Below, in pieces: positions 30,777-39,176 of a stretch of 64,000 bases of DNA (the first letter of the stretch is position 1; the number at the start of each line of letters is the position of its first letter). Location of the stretch: assembly GCA_963749075.1 (NCBI GenBank), contig CAVVLJ010000004.1, positions 64,001 through 128,000 of the forward strand, given 5' to 3'. Under the pieces are notes generated by a model that searched no databases, had not been told where the DNA came from, and saw only the letters and a program-made list of their open reading frames with translations. This DNA is from an uncultured Pseudomonadota bacterium (GTDB lineage Bacteria > Pseudomonadota > Alphaproteobacteria > JACZXZ01). Made by a program: the position numbers and the translations under genes.

Positions 30777-31394
30777 CTATTTGAGAAGCGGTGCCAGGAT
30801 GGCGTCGAACTGCGCGAGCGGCATGTCGCCCTCGTGCTTGACGCCGTTGATGATGAAGGTGGGCGTGGCCTCCAGCTTGAGCTGGTTCTGCGCGTCGAGC
30901 TCGACCTTGAGGATGCCGTCCATGAGCTCCTTGTTGTCCATGCAGGCGTCGAACTCCTCCTTGCTCATGCCGCCGAGCCGCGCCACCTTGGCGAGCTCGG
31001 CCACGGGGTCGGGTGCTGTGGCCCAGGTCTCCTGCGACTTGAAGAGGATCTCGAGGAAGCCGAAGAAGCGCTCGGGCCCGGCGCAGCGCGTCAGCATGGC
31101 CGCCCGCAAGCCAGGCTGGTCGAAGGGGAAGTCGCGGTACCTGTAGTAGACCTTGCCGGTGTCGATGTACTTCTTCTTGAAGGCCTCGAAGGTGTTGGCC
31201 TCGAAGGCGGCGCAGTGGGGACAGGTGAGCGAGGCATATTCGACCACCGTGACCGGCGCCTTATCGTCGCCGAGAGTGCCCTCGGCCAGCATCTCCGCGA
31301 CCGTCATGGCTGCCGCGGCAGGCCCGGCGAGGCCGGCGAGGAGCAGGCAGAGAGCCACTAAAATTTGTAGGGTGCGAGCCAAATCGGCCTCCAA
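30777..31394 (-). CDS. DsbA family oxidoreductase
   Basis: APVTVVEYASLTCPHCA, RDFP, TPTFIING. Confidence 0.93.
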   Translation of the reverse strand: MEADLARTLQILVALCLLLAGLAGPAAAAMTVAEMLAEGTLGDDKAPVTVVEYASLTCPHCAAFEANTFEAFKKKYIDTGKVYYRYRDFPFDQPGLRAAMLTRCAGPERFFGFLEILFKSQETWATAPDPVAELAKVARLGGMSKEEFDACMDNKELMDGILKVELDAQNQLKLEATPTFIINGVKHEGDMPLAQFDAILAPLLK

Positions 31395-31461
31395 GCTACT
31401 AGATGTGGTGGATTATAGGGCAGCCGGGACAGCTGCCACAAGCGCTCTCCCGGCAGATTCC

Positions 31462-31470
31462 TGTGGATAA
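31462..31470 (-). promoter_or_regulatory. Perfect DnaA box (TTATCCACA)
   Basis: TGTGGATAA in the dciA-dsbA gap, next to a GATTC (GANTC) site at 31456-31460. Confidence 0.55.
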
Positions 31471-31480
31471 GCCTCCGGCC

Positions 31481-31972
31481 TCAGCGCCCCTCCTTGGCGG
31501 CGAGGAGGGCCAGGCCCAGGCGCGCCATCGCCTCGCGCAGCGCCGGGCTCTCGATGGAAGCGAGCTCGAGGGCGAGGCGCTCCTTGGCCGTGGGGTCGGG
31601 CTCGGCCGCCCGGTGCGGTGCCGCGCGGGCCGGCTGGCGCCGCGTGGAGAGCGGCCCCTGGTGCAGCTTGAGCCGGGCGAGCGCGCGATAGCCGAAGTAG
31701 GCGTTGATGCGCTCGACGAGCTGCGGCTCGAGGTGCTGGAAGGCGAGCGCCCAGGCGCCCTCGACACGCAAATGGAGGGTGCCCTCGATGCGCTCGCCGC
31801 GGGGAAATTCGAGCCGCTCGGGCTGCGCGTGGAGGGCGATCTCGGCACCTGCTATGGCCGGCCAGTCGGCCACGAGGCCGGCCTCGGCAAAGCCGCGCTT
31901 GCCGATTGCCGCGCGCGCGAGCCTGGGCACGAGCTGCGCCAGGCTCCTGGGCCCGCTCGGCTCTCGGGTCAT
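31481..31972 (-). CDS. DUF721 / DciA family protein
   Basis: KRGF....L..DW..I.G, GTLHL, FQH..P.L.ERIN.YFGY.A. Confidence 0.9.
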   Translation of the reverse strand: MTREPSGPRSLAQLVPRLARAAIGKRGFAEAGLVADWPAIAGAEIALHAQPERLEFPRGERIEGTLHLRVEGAWALAFQHLEPQLVERINAYFGYRALARLKLHQGPLSTRRQPARAAPHRAAEPDPTAKERLALELASIESPALREAMARLGLALLAAKEGR

Positions 31973-32177
31973 GGCATGCCCGCCGCTGCCGTCTTCACTC
32001 TTGCATCATCCCGCCTCGAGGCCGCCGCCAACCCGTGCTGTCGGCGGCGGCGCTTCGCGGCTAATCTTAGGCGAGCATGGTCCCTGCCACCAGAACCGAT
32101 TCCGTGACATTTTCGCGCCCGGCGGTGCGAGCGCTCGCGCGCCCGGCTCAGCGAGGCCGTTCGGAGACGGGCTTCGG

Positions 32178-32486
32178 CTATGCGGGCCTGTAGGGGCTGA
32201 CTTTGATGTCGCCGTCGCGCTGCCGCATCGCATGGCTGTCGCACCAGGCTTGCATGCTGAGGAGTGTGTCCATGGACACGCCGAAAGCCTTTTCGATCCT
32301 GAGCGCCATTTCCGGCGAGAGCGCCGCTCTTTCGTTGACAAGATCGGAGAGCGTCGCACGGCGTACGCCGAGTATCTCCGCGGCGCGCGCAATGGACAAT
32401 CCGAGCTCATCGAGGATCTCGATGCGGACGAAAGCCCCGGGATGGGAGGGCTTCATGCCGAGCCTCAGCGGTGCTTTTGCCATCAA
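32178..32486 (-). CDS. higA: HigA family antitoxin
   Basis: PSHPG.F.R.EI, AA.ILGV.RATLS.L.N, LSPEMALRIEKAFG. Confidence 0.92.
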   Translation of the reverse strand: MMAKAPLRLGMKPSHPGAFVRIEILDELGLSIARAAEILGVRRATLSDLVNERAALSPEMALRIEKAFGVSMDTLLSMQAWCDSHAMRQRDGDIKVSPYRPA

Positions 32487-32767
32487 TGGTAGTCCTCCAA
32501 ATTTAAATTGCGAACTTCATCCCCTTCGGTATCGAAGGTGATCCGCCAGTTGCCTGAAACCGATATGCTCCAGGTGCCGGCACGATGTCCGGAAAGCCGA
32601 TGAATGCGCCATCCAGGAGGTCCCTTCAAGCCGTCCAAGTCGGCGGCGCTGACCAGCGCTGTGAGGACGTTTCGTATCCTCTGAACGAGGTCGCGCCGGA
32701 GTCCCCGGTCATCGTCATCTTCAAGGAGGCGCTTGAGGCCTCTGTGCCGTACGCTCACGATCCTCAT
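32483..32767 (-). CDS. higB: HigB/RelE family toxin
   Basis: I.SVRHRGLKRL, PGWRIH.L.G.R.GTWSISVSGNWRITF, LEDYH. Confidence 0.93.
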   Translation of the reverse strand: MRIVSVRHRGLKRLLEDDDDRGLRRDLVQRIRNVLTALVSAADLDGLKGPPGWRIHRLSGHRAGTWSISVSGNWRITFDTEGDEVRNLNLEDYH

Positions 32768-32775
32768 CCGCGAGG

Positions 32776-32804
32776 ATCGTACGGTGTGACCGGACAATCG
32801 TCAA
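32776..32804 (-). promoter_or_regulatory. Sigma70-type promoter of higBA with an embedded operator
   Basis: TTGACG-17 nt-TACGAT; the spacer holds the imperfect palindrome GTCCGGT-cac-ACCGTAC; ATG follows the -10 after 8 nt. Confidence 0.7.
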
Positions 32805-32828
32805 GGCTGCGTAGAGGGGAATTCGGGA

Positions 32829-33953
32829 TTGATCATGCCGCACCCAGCTAAGGACGTCTCCGCGGCATTTTCGCGCCGCGAGGCCGCCAAGCTCGCAGCG
32901 AGGCTCCTTGCCTGGTACGACCGGCACCGGCGCCGCCTGCCGTGGCGCGCGGCCGCGGGGGAGTGCGCCGATCCCTACCGCGTGTGGCTCAGCGAGATCA
33001 TGCTGCAGCAGACGACCGTGCAAACGGCAGCGCCCTATTTCACCGCCTTCGCGGCGCGCTGGCCGACCGTCGCCGCCCTTGCCGCGGCCGAGCTCGACGA
33101 AGTGCTGCACGCCTGGCAGGGGCTCGGCTATTACGCGCGCGCGCGCAACCTCCACGAGGCGGCACGGCTGGTGCTGAGCCGCCACGGCGGCCGCTTTCCC
33201 GAGAGCGAGGAGGCGCTGCGCGCATTGCCCGGCGTCGGCCCTTATACGGCGGCGGCGATCTCGGCAATCGCCTTCGGCCGGAAGGCGAGCGCCGTCGACG
33301 GCAACGTCGAGCGCGTGATCGCCCGGCTCTTCGCCGTCGCGGAGCCGCTGCCTGCCGCCAAGCCGCGGCTCAAGGCGCTCGCGGCGACGCTCGTGCCCGA
33401 GGCGCGCGCGGGCGACTATGCCCAGGCGTTGATGGATCTGGGAGCGCTTCTCTGCACGCCGCGGCGGCCGCGCTGCGGCCAATGTCCGTGGCGCCGCGCC
33501 TGTGCCGCCAAGGAGCGCGGCATTGCGCAGGCGCTGCCGCGCCGCACGGCCAAGGCGAAGCGGCCGCTGAGGCGCGGCGTCGCCTTCTGGCTGGTGCGCG
33601 GCGGCGAGGAGGTGCTGTTGCGTCGGCGGGCGAAGGACGGGCTTCTGGGCGGCCTCATGGAGCTGCCCACGACGGCCTGGCAAGAGCGGGCACCGGCCCT
33701 TGCCGCGGCTAAGCGCCAGGCGCCGGCGAGGACGCGCTGGCGCCTGCTGCCGGGCCGCGTGCGCCACGTCTTCACGCATTTCGAGTTGGAGCTTACGGTG
33801 CTGGCGGGAAGCGTCGGAGAGACGACCGAGGAGCCCCGCGGGGTGAACGAGGGGGGGACACCCCGCTGGTGCCGTCTCGACCGTCTCTCCGACTTTGCGC
33901 TGCCCAGCGTGATGAGGAAGGTCGTCGCCCATGCTCTCGCGAATGGGGGGTAG
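32829..33953 (+). CDS. mutY: A/G-specific adenine glycosylase
   Basis: PYRVWLSEIMLQQT, WQGLGYYARARNLH, VDGNVERV, C-X6-C-X2-C-X5-C, HVFTHF. Confidence 0.97.
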   Translation: MIMPHPAKDVSAAFSRREAAKLAARLLAWYDRHRRRLPWRAAAGECADPYRVWLSEIMLQQTTVQTAAPYFTAFAARWPTVAALAAAELDEVLHAWQGLGYYARARNLHEAARLVLSRHGGRFPESEEALRALPGVGPYTAAAISAIAFGRKASAVDGNVERVIARLFAVAEPLPAAKPRLKALAATLVPEARAGDYAQALMDLGALLCTPRRPRCGQCPWRRACAAKERGIAQALPRRTAKAKRPLRRGVAFWLVRGGEEVLLRRRAKDGLLGGLMELPTTAWQERAPALAAAKRQAPARTRWRLLPGRVRHVFTHFELELTVLAGSVGETTEEPRGVNEGGTPRWCRLDRLSDFALPSVMRKVVAHALANGG

Positions 33954-34098
33954 CTCGAGCATCGGTCGGCGACTTTGGCCTCGCATGGCCGGCTGCCGCA
34001 TTCAGGGGTGTGCGGGCAGTCCCTCGCCACGCCGGGTCAGTGCATATCCGTTGGCCGTCTCCCTGCTAATCCCGCGACGATGTCGAATGCGCCCAAGG

Positions 34099-34599
34099 TC
34101 AAACGCGCTCATGCCACACGGCGCCGCTCAGGGCATCTACGTTGAGCAGGCACCGCTCGCCGGCGGCTCCGCGCGCGAGCACCTGGTAATGACCGTCACG
34201 GGAGGCGATGGGGCCGAGGCACTGGTAGCCGAGGCGGCCAAGGCGATCTTCCACTTCCTCCCTCTTGAGGTGCGCGAGCCCGTAGCCTCCTTGCGGCACC
34301 GGCTCGCCCGTCGCGGCGTCGACATAGAGTTTTACGCGCCGGCCCCAGCGATCCTGCGCCTGCACCGCGAAGCCGGGACGCAAGGCCTCGACATGGATGA
34401 TGTCGCGGTAGCCGAGCTGGCGCAGCTTGTGGCGCACCAGCCAGGCCGGCAGCGGTGCCCCGCTCTCGGGTGCTGCCTGATACGCCTCGGGCCCGAGCGC
34501 CAGGGCTGCCGCCGACTGGGGCCCCAGGCCGAGAAGCGAGGCGAGCGCCGCGGCGAAGGCGGTGCCGGAGCGGCGGCCGGCTCGGCGGGTGTCGCGCAT
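34099..34599 (-). CDS. Exported protein with two PepSY-like repeats
   Basis: Signal peptide, then two repeats L..LGY...(F/Y).V.A....G....L.VDA..G. Confidence 0.65.
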   Translation of the reverse strand: MRDTRRAGRRSGTAFAAALASLLGLGPQSAAALALGPEAYQAAPESGAPLPAWLVRHKLRQLGYRDIIHVEALRPGFAVQAQDRWGRRVKLYVDAATGEPVPQGGYGLAHLKREEVEDRLGRLGYQCLGPIASRDGHYQVLARGAAGERCLLNVDALSGAVWHERV

Positions 34600-34693
34600 C
34601 CGCAGGAATCCCCTATCGCGATCCTCGATGTCCCTTCGGGATAACCCGCTGGGATGGCCCATTGGGCGAGGGTGCCAATTTGCCTTATGCTTC

Positions 34694-34732
34694 CTGAACC
34701 GATGCTGAGAGGATCGTTCATCCGCCGTTCAG
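34694..34732. promoter_or_regulatory. Putative OmpR-family binding repeats between divergent PepSY genes
   Basis: CTGAAC/CTGAGA and GTTCAT/GTTCAG pairs, each with an 11-bp period, in opposite orientation. Confidence 0.55.
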
Positions 34733-34755
34733 CTCTTGGGCGCTATGAAGGCGTC

Positions 34756-35097
34756 ATGCGCGAGCTTGTGGTCGTGGTGCCGACGGCGCTCTTGCTGGTG
34801 TCGGGGGCCGTGGGCATTTCACGTGCCGACGACAGCGACCACGAGCGCGCGCGCGCGGCGCTCGAGGCCGGCGAGGTCCAGCCCCTCAAGGACATCGTGG
34901 GCCGCGTGCAGAGCCGCTGCGGCGGGCGCGTCATCGAGGTCGAGATCGCGGAGCAGAGCCACGGCGGCAGCCACACCTGGCTCTACGAGATGCGCATGCT
35001 GATGCCCAAGGGCAACGTCCTGGGCTTGGACGTGAACGCCGCCACGGCGGAAATTCTCGACGTGAAGGGGAGGGGTGCGGCCAACGCCTGTCAATGA
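34756..35097 (+). CDS. PepSY domain protein
   Basis: DHERARAALEAGEV.PL, GRVIEVE, YE.R.L...G.V....VNA.T.EIL. Confidence 0.85.
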   Translation: MRELVVVVPTALLLVSGAVGISRADDSDHERARAALEAGEVQPLKDIVGRVQSRCGGRVIEVEIAEQSHGGSHTWLYEMRMLMPKGNVLGLDVNAATAEILDVKGRGAANACQ

Positions 35098-35100
35098 CCC

Positions 35101-35805
35101 ATGCGCGTTCTAGCCATCGAGGACGAGCCGGATCTCGCGCGCCAGCTCGCTGAGGCCCTGCGCGAGGCGGGCTACGCCGTCGACGTGGCCCGCGACGGCG
35201 AGGAGGGCCATCATCTCGGCGACACCGAGAGCTACGACGCCGTGGTGCTCGACTTGGGCTTGCCGCTCATGGACGGCCTCACCGTGCTCGAGCGCTGGCG
35301 CAGCGCCGGGCGCAACATGCCCGTCCTCATCTTGACCGCGCGCGACCGCTGGAGCGAGAAGGTCGCCGGCTTCGACGCCGGCGCCGACGACTACGTGGCC
35401 AAGCCCTTCCGCATGGAGGAGGTGCTGGCGCGCTTGCGCGCGCTCATCCGACGTGCTGCCGGACACGCGCGCGCCGAGCTCGAATGCGGGCCGCTCCGCC
35501 TCGATACGCGAAGCTCGCGCGTCACCCTCGACGGCGCCCCCGTCAAGCTCACGGCGCAGGAGTACCGCCTCCTCGCCTATCTCCTCCACCACCGCGGCCG
35601 CGTCGTCTCGCGCAGCGAGCTCACCGAGCATCTCTACGAACAGGACTTCGACCGCGACTCCAACACCATCGAGGTCTTCGTCGGGCGTCTCAGGAAGAAG
35701 ATCGGCGCCGAGCTCATCCTGACGGTGCGCGGCCTGGGCTACCAACTCGCCGAACCCGGCGACGGCGCCGAGGCGGCCGTGAAGGGACCGAGGGAGCGCG
35801 CGTGA
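35101..35805 (+). CDS. OmpR-family response regulator (FeuP-like)
   Basis: GEEGHHLGDTE.YDAVVLDLGLP, TARDRWSEKV.G.DAGADDY, DFDRDSNTIEVFVGRLRKK. Confidence 0.95.
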   Translation: MRVLAIEDEPDLARQLAEALREAGYAVDVARDGEEGHHLGDTESYDAVVLDLGLPLMDGLTVLERWRSAGRNMPVLILTARDRWSEKVAGFDAGADDYVAKPFRMEEVLARLRALIRRAAGHARAELECGPLRLDTRSSRVTLDGAPVKLTAQEYRLLAYLLHHRGRVVSRSELTEHLYEQDFDRDSNTIEVFVGRLRKKIGAELILTVRGLGYQLAEPGDGAEAAVKGPRERA

Positions 35806-37154
35806 AGATCAACTCGCTCGCCTTCCGCCTGGTGGCAGGTGCTGGCCTGTGGATCGCGGCGGCGCTGGCGGCGGGCGGCCTGCAGCTCTCGAGCATTTTC
35901 GAGGACTCGGCCGAGCGCAGCTTCGACGCCCGCCTCGAGGTCTATCTCGACGGGCTGATCGCGGTGAGCCGCAGCGGTGCCGCGGGCCGCATCGAGCTCG
36001 CGCGCGGGGTGGGGGAGCCGCGCTTCACCGAGCCCTATTCCGGCTGGTACTGGCAGATCTCGGGACCGGATGGCCCCATCCTGCGCTCGCGCTCGCTGTG
36101 GGACATGGCGATCGACGCCCAGGCGACGACCGACGGCGGCTTGAGCACCGGCGAGATCACCGGTCCCGACGGCCGCCGGCTGCGCCTCGCCGAGCGCACC
36201 GTGACGCTGCCGAGCTTCGCCCACCGGCTCAGCTACATGGTGGCCGCCGAGGATTCCGAGATCGACCGCGAGGTCGCGCACTTCAACAAGGTGCTCGCCT
36301 GGTCGCTCGCGGCACTCGGCCTCGGGCTCATCGCGGCGGTGCTCATCCAGGTGCATTTCGGCCTCGTTCCGCTGAAGCGCATGCGCGCCGCCCTCGCCGA
36401 CATCCGCGCCGGCCGCGCCGAGCGCCTCGCGGGCGGCCTGCCGGCCGAGGTGCAGCCGCTCGCCGACGAGCTCAACGCCCTCCTCGAGCACAACGCCAGC
36501 GTGGTTGCGCGCGCGCGCACCCACGTGGGCGACCTCGCGCACGCGCTCAAGACGCCGCTCGCCGTCTTGAGCAACGAGGCGGCGCGCGAGGCGGGGCCGC
36601 ACGCCGAGGCGATCGCGCGCCAGACGGCCGCCATGCGCCGGCAGGTCGACCGCTATCTCTCCCGCGCGCGCACGGCGGCGACGGCCGGCGTGCTCGGCGC
36701 CCGCACGCCCGTGCTGCCGGTCGTAGACGACCTCAAGCGCACGCTCCAGCGCATCCACGCCGAGCGGCCGATCGAGATCGCGGTCGAGGGCGACCGCGAG
36801 GCCGCCTTCCGCGGCGAGCGGCAGGACCTCGAGGAGATGCTCGGCAACCTCATGGACAACGGCTGCAAATGGGCGCGGAGCCGCGTGCGGCTCACGCTCG
36901 CGCAAGCCGGCGGGCGCCTCGCGATCGCGGTCGAGGACGACGGCCCCGGCCTCTCCGCCGAGGAGTGCCGCCAGCTCTTCCGCCGCGGCAAGCGCCTCGA
37001 CGAGGCGGTGCCCGGCAGCGGCCTCGGCCTCGCCATCGTGCGCGACATCGCCGAGCTCTACGGCGGCAGCGTCAGCGTCGATAGGGCGGCGCTCGGCGGC
37101 CTCAGGGTGAGCCTCGAGCTGCCCGCGATCGGGGTGCACGCGGCGGCGGGGTGA
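35802..37154 (+). CDS. Sensor histidine kinase (FeuQ-like)
   Basis: Two TMs, PYSGWYWQ, LAHALKTPL H-box, DDGPG and GSGLGL. Confidence 0.94.
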   Translation: MKINSLAFRLVAGAGLWIAAALAAGGLQLSSIFEDSAERSFDARLEVYLDGLIAVSRSGAAGRIELARGVGEPRFTEPYSGWYWQISGPDGPILRSRSLWDMAIDAQATTDGGLSTGEITGPDGRRLRLAERTVTLPSFAHRLSYMVAAEDSEIDREVAHFNKVLAWSLAALGLGLIAAVLIQVHFGLVPLKRMRAALADIRAGRAERLAGGLPAEVQPLADELNALLEHNASVVARARTHVGDLAHALKTPLAVLSNEAAREAGPHAEAIARQTAAMRRQVDRYLSRARTAATAGVLGARTPVLPVVDDLKRTLQRIHAERPIEIAVEGDREAAFRGERQDLEEMLGNLMDNGCKWARSRVRLTLAQAGGRLAIAVEDDGPGLSAEECRQLFRRGKRLDEAVPGSGLGLAIVRDIAELYGGSVSVDRAALGGLRVSLELPAIGVHAAAG

Positions 37155-37188
37155 GGGAGCGCGCGGGAGATTGGATCGCGATGGCTTG

Positions 37189-37226
37189 CCCCCTCTCCCG
37201 CGAGCGGGAGAGGGTCGGGGTGAGGG
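37189..37226. repeat. REP-like palindromic element
   Basis: CCCTCTCCCG-cgag-CGGGAGAGGG followed by TCGGGGTGAGGG, between convergent genes. Confidence 0.7.
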
Positions 37227-37380
37227 ATGGCTCCGGCGGCGTGCGCCGGCAAGCTAAAGTCGAAGTTGATCGCATGTACGGGGCGGCGCGTGGTCAGAAA
37301 CCAACTCTGAGCCCAATTGCTCTTACCGTCGCTTCTGGTGGGGAGCACAGAGGGAATCTTCCGACGGGCCGCCTCCTCGC

Positions 37381-38157
37381 TTAGGTGAGTTTCGTCCATC
37401 GACTGCGTGATGCGTATGCGGTCCAGTCGATCGTGGGCCGCCGCCTCCACTCCCGTGTGAGGAAGTTCACCAAATGGAGGTAAAACTCGAGGAACAAGCT
37501 CGGTGAGTCTTCCTTCAAGAGAACCACCCCCGCCTCTGGGCGGATGATTCCGCGATCCATCACGATCACCCGATCAATGACATCTGGCGCGCAACCGATG
37601 TCTTGCGCCCTATGGAGCACACGCTGGTATTCTTTCTCGGCCCATCCGTCTGCCCCTAGGTTCGAGCTGTAGGCGAAGATGAAGTAAGGGCAGCGATAGC
37701 GGTCTTTCTCGACGCGACCTTCCGTGGGCGCAGCGATAAACCGCTTCTTGAATGGCCGCAGCGACCTCACCTTCATCGCTGCGCCGAGACAAATATCGAG
37801 ATCGGCTTGCGACAGGACCGATTTGACTTCGATCACGGCATATAAGGCTTCAGCGGGGACAATTAGGCTGTCGTTGCCGGTTTGGATTGGTGCGGCCGTC
37901 GAATGATCGTAGATAAAAAGGTCAAGCTCACCGGTGACGTTGTCGCCGTAGTCGCGCGCTTCACCCTTCCCAACCGCGAACACACGCGGCAAATGGAGCG
38001 ACAGAAACTCGGCGAGCGCCGCAGCCCGTTCATTGCCGCGAACACCCTTGTGTTCGAAGTTTGCCGCTTGCTCGGAACTCAGCGCCAGACGCTGTTCCGC
38101 CTGGGTCAGGACCTTGCGGAAAAGTGGGCTTGTGTTGCGTGTAGCGCGCTTCACCAC
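37381..38157 (-). CDS. DUF6602 / NucC-like PD-(D/E)XK endonuclease
   Basis: H.G.RG.E....L.EFL...LP, ELDLFIYD...PAEALYAVIEVKS, C-terminal P.IDW.AY; lower GC than its flanks. Confidence 0.72.
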   Translation of the reverse strand: MVKRATRNTSPLFRKVLTQAEQRLALSSEQAANFEHKGVRGNERAAALAEFLSLHLPRVFAVGKGEARDYGDNVTGELDLFIYDHSTAAPIQTGNDSLIVPAEALYAVIEVKSVLSQADLDICLGAAMKVRSLRPFKKRFIAAPTEGRVEKDRYRCPYFIFAYSSNLGADGWAEKEYQRVLHRAQDIGCAPDVIDRVIVMDRGIIRPEAGVVLLKEDSPSLFLEFYLHLVNFLTREWRRRPTIDWTAYASRSRWTKLT

Positions 38158-38361
38158 AGGCGAACTCCTTCCGCTGCCGCATGCCTAGCTGTTACCACCA
38201 CTTGCTATACAATCACCCCTGCGTCGATCGCGATGCAGTTCCGCCCGATGGGATAGCTGGCAATGCCGGTCGAGGCAGACCGGCCCGACGTCACGCATGA
38301 GCCACCAGATCACATATTCTGGCGCAAATCCGACCTCTCGCCAATTCGGCCACCATGGCCC

Positions 38362-38391
38362 TTGACGTTCTGGTGACAAATTTGTCACCAT
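38362..38391 (+). promoter_or_regulatory. TA promoter with a perfect 20-bp palindromic operator
   Basis: TTGACG at 38362 followed by TGGTGACAAATTTGTCACCA (38371-38390). Confidence 0.8.
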
Positions 38392-38397
38392 CTCTCG

Positions 38398-38745
38398 ATG
38401 AGCCGGGACACGCGGCCCATTTCATGGGTCAAGGCAGCGCGGAAGGACTTCGAGGCTTTTCCGGACAGTGCTCGAGATCGCTTGCTCGATGCCTTGACCG
38501 TCGTTGCGGAGGGCGGCACGCCGCGGATCGCGAAGCCGCTCGCCGGCCTCGGCAGCGGCGTCATCGAGCTGGCGCTTCCCCACGGTGGTGAGGCCTACCG
38601 CGTGGTTTATGCCCTCCACCTCGAGGCAAGCATCTGGGTGATCCACGCCTTCCAAAAGAAATCGAAGAAGGGGATCAAGACGCCGGCAACGGAGATCGAC
38701 CTGGTCCGCGAACGCATCAAGCGCCTCAAGGAGTCTTTCATATGA
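38398..38745 (+). CDS. RelE/ParE family toxin (Gp49/HigB2-like)
   Basis: ISW.KAA.KDFE.FP, AKPL.GLGSGV.E, YRVVY, VIHAFQKKSK.GIKTP. Confidence 0.92.
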   Translation: MSRDTRPISWVKAARKDFEAFPDSARDRLLDALTVVAEGGTPRIAKPLAGLGSGVIELALPHGGEAYRVVYALHLEASIWVIHAFQKKSKKGIKTPATEIDLVRERIKRLKESFI

Positions 38746-39074
38746 GCAAGCGGTCCATCGCCGTCGTGCGCGGCAGCGGCAACGTCTACCGCGACTTCGG
38801 TTACGCCGATGCGGACATCCGCCAGGCCAAGGCCATGATGGCGGCTGAGATCATCAAGATTCTCGACGAGGAGAATCTGTCGACCCGTCAAGCCGAAGCG
38901 AGCACCGGGATCTCGCACAGCGAGTTCGCGCGCATCCGCCGCGTCAATCTGGCGCGCTTCACGATCGACCGCCTCATCGCCATTCTCAACCGCCTTGGGC
39001 GGGAGGTTTCGATCTCGGCAGCCGTGCATCGCAAGAGGGGCGTGAGGACGGCGACGCGCGCCGCGCATCCGTAG
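38742..39074 (+). CDS. XRE/HTH antitoxin
   Basis: GSGNVY.DFG, LS.RQA...TGI..SEF.RIR, FTIDRL..IL; ATGA overlap. Confidence 0.9.
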   Translation: MSKRSIAVVRGSGNVYRDFGYADADIRQAKAMMAAEIIKILDEENLSTRQAEASTGISHSEFARIRRVNLARFTIDRLIAILNRLGREVSISAAVHRKRGVRTATRAAHP

Positions 39075-39176
39075 GCCGTCCGCTGCGATAGGCGTGCGGC
39101 GCCCGTGCGATCCGGAGCACTCCCGTGATATGTTCGCGCCCATCTTGGGGCGCTCACATCGGGAGAGGCGGGAGGA

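Noticed and set aside
27300-30800. Long antisense and alternate-frame ORFs over smc and elsewhere
   Set aside because: Arg/Ala/Pro-rich shadows expected at this GC content, with no recognisable motifs.
31440-31480. Replication origin
   Set aside because: Only one DnaA box, no AT-rich unwinding element, and no typical origin-flanking genes.
38185-38391. 68-aa minus-strand ORF between the nuclease and TA genes
   Set aside because: Starts inside the operator palindrome, has no RBS and no family motif.
39075-39176. Guanidine riboswitch upstream of the DUF1989 gene
   Set aside because: No recognisable ykkC or paired ACGR hairpin motif, and no urea carboxylase nearby.
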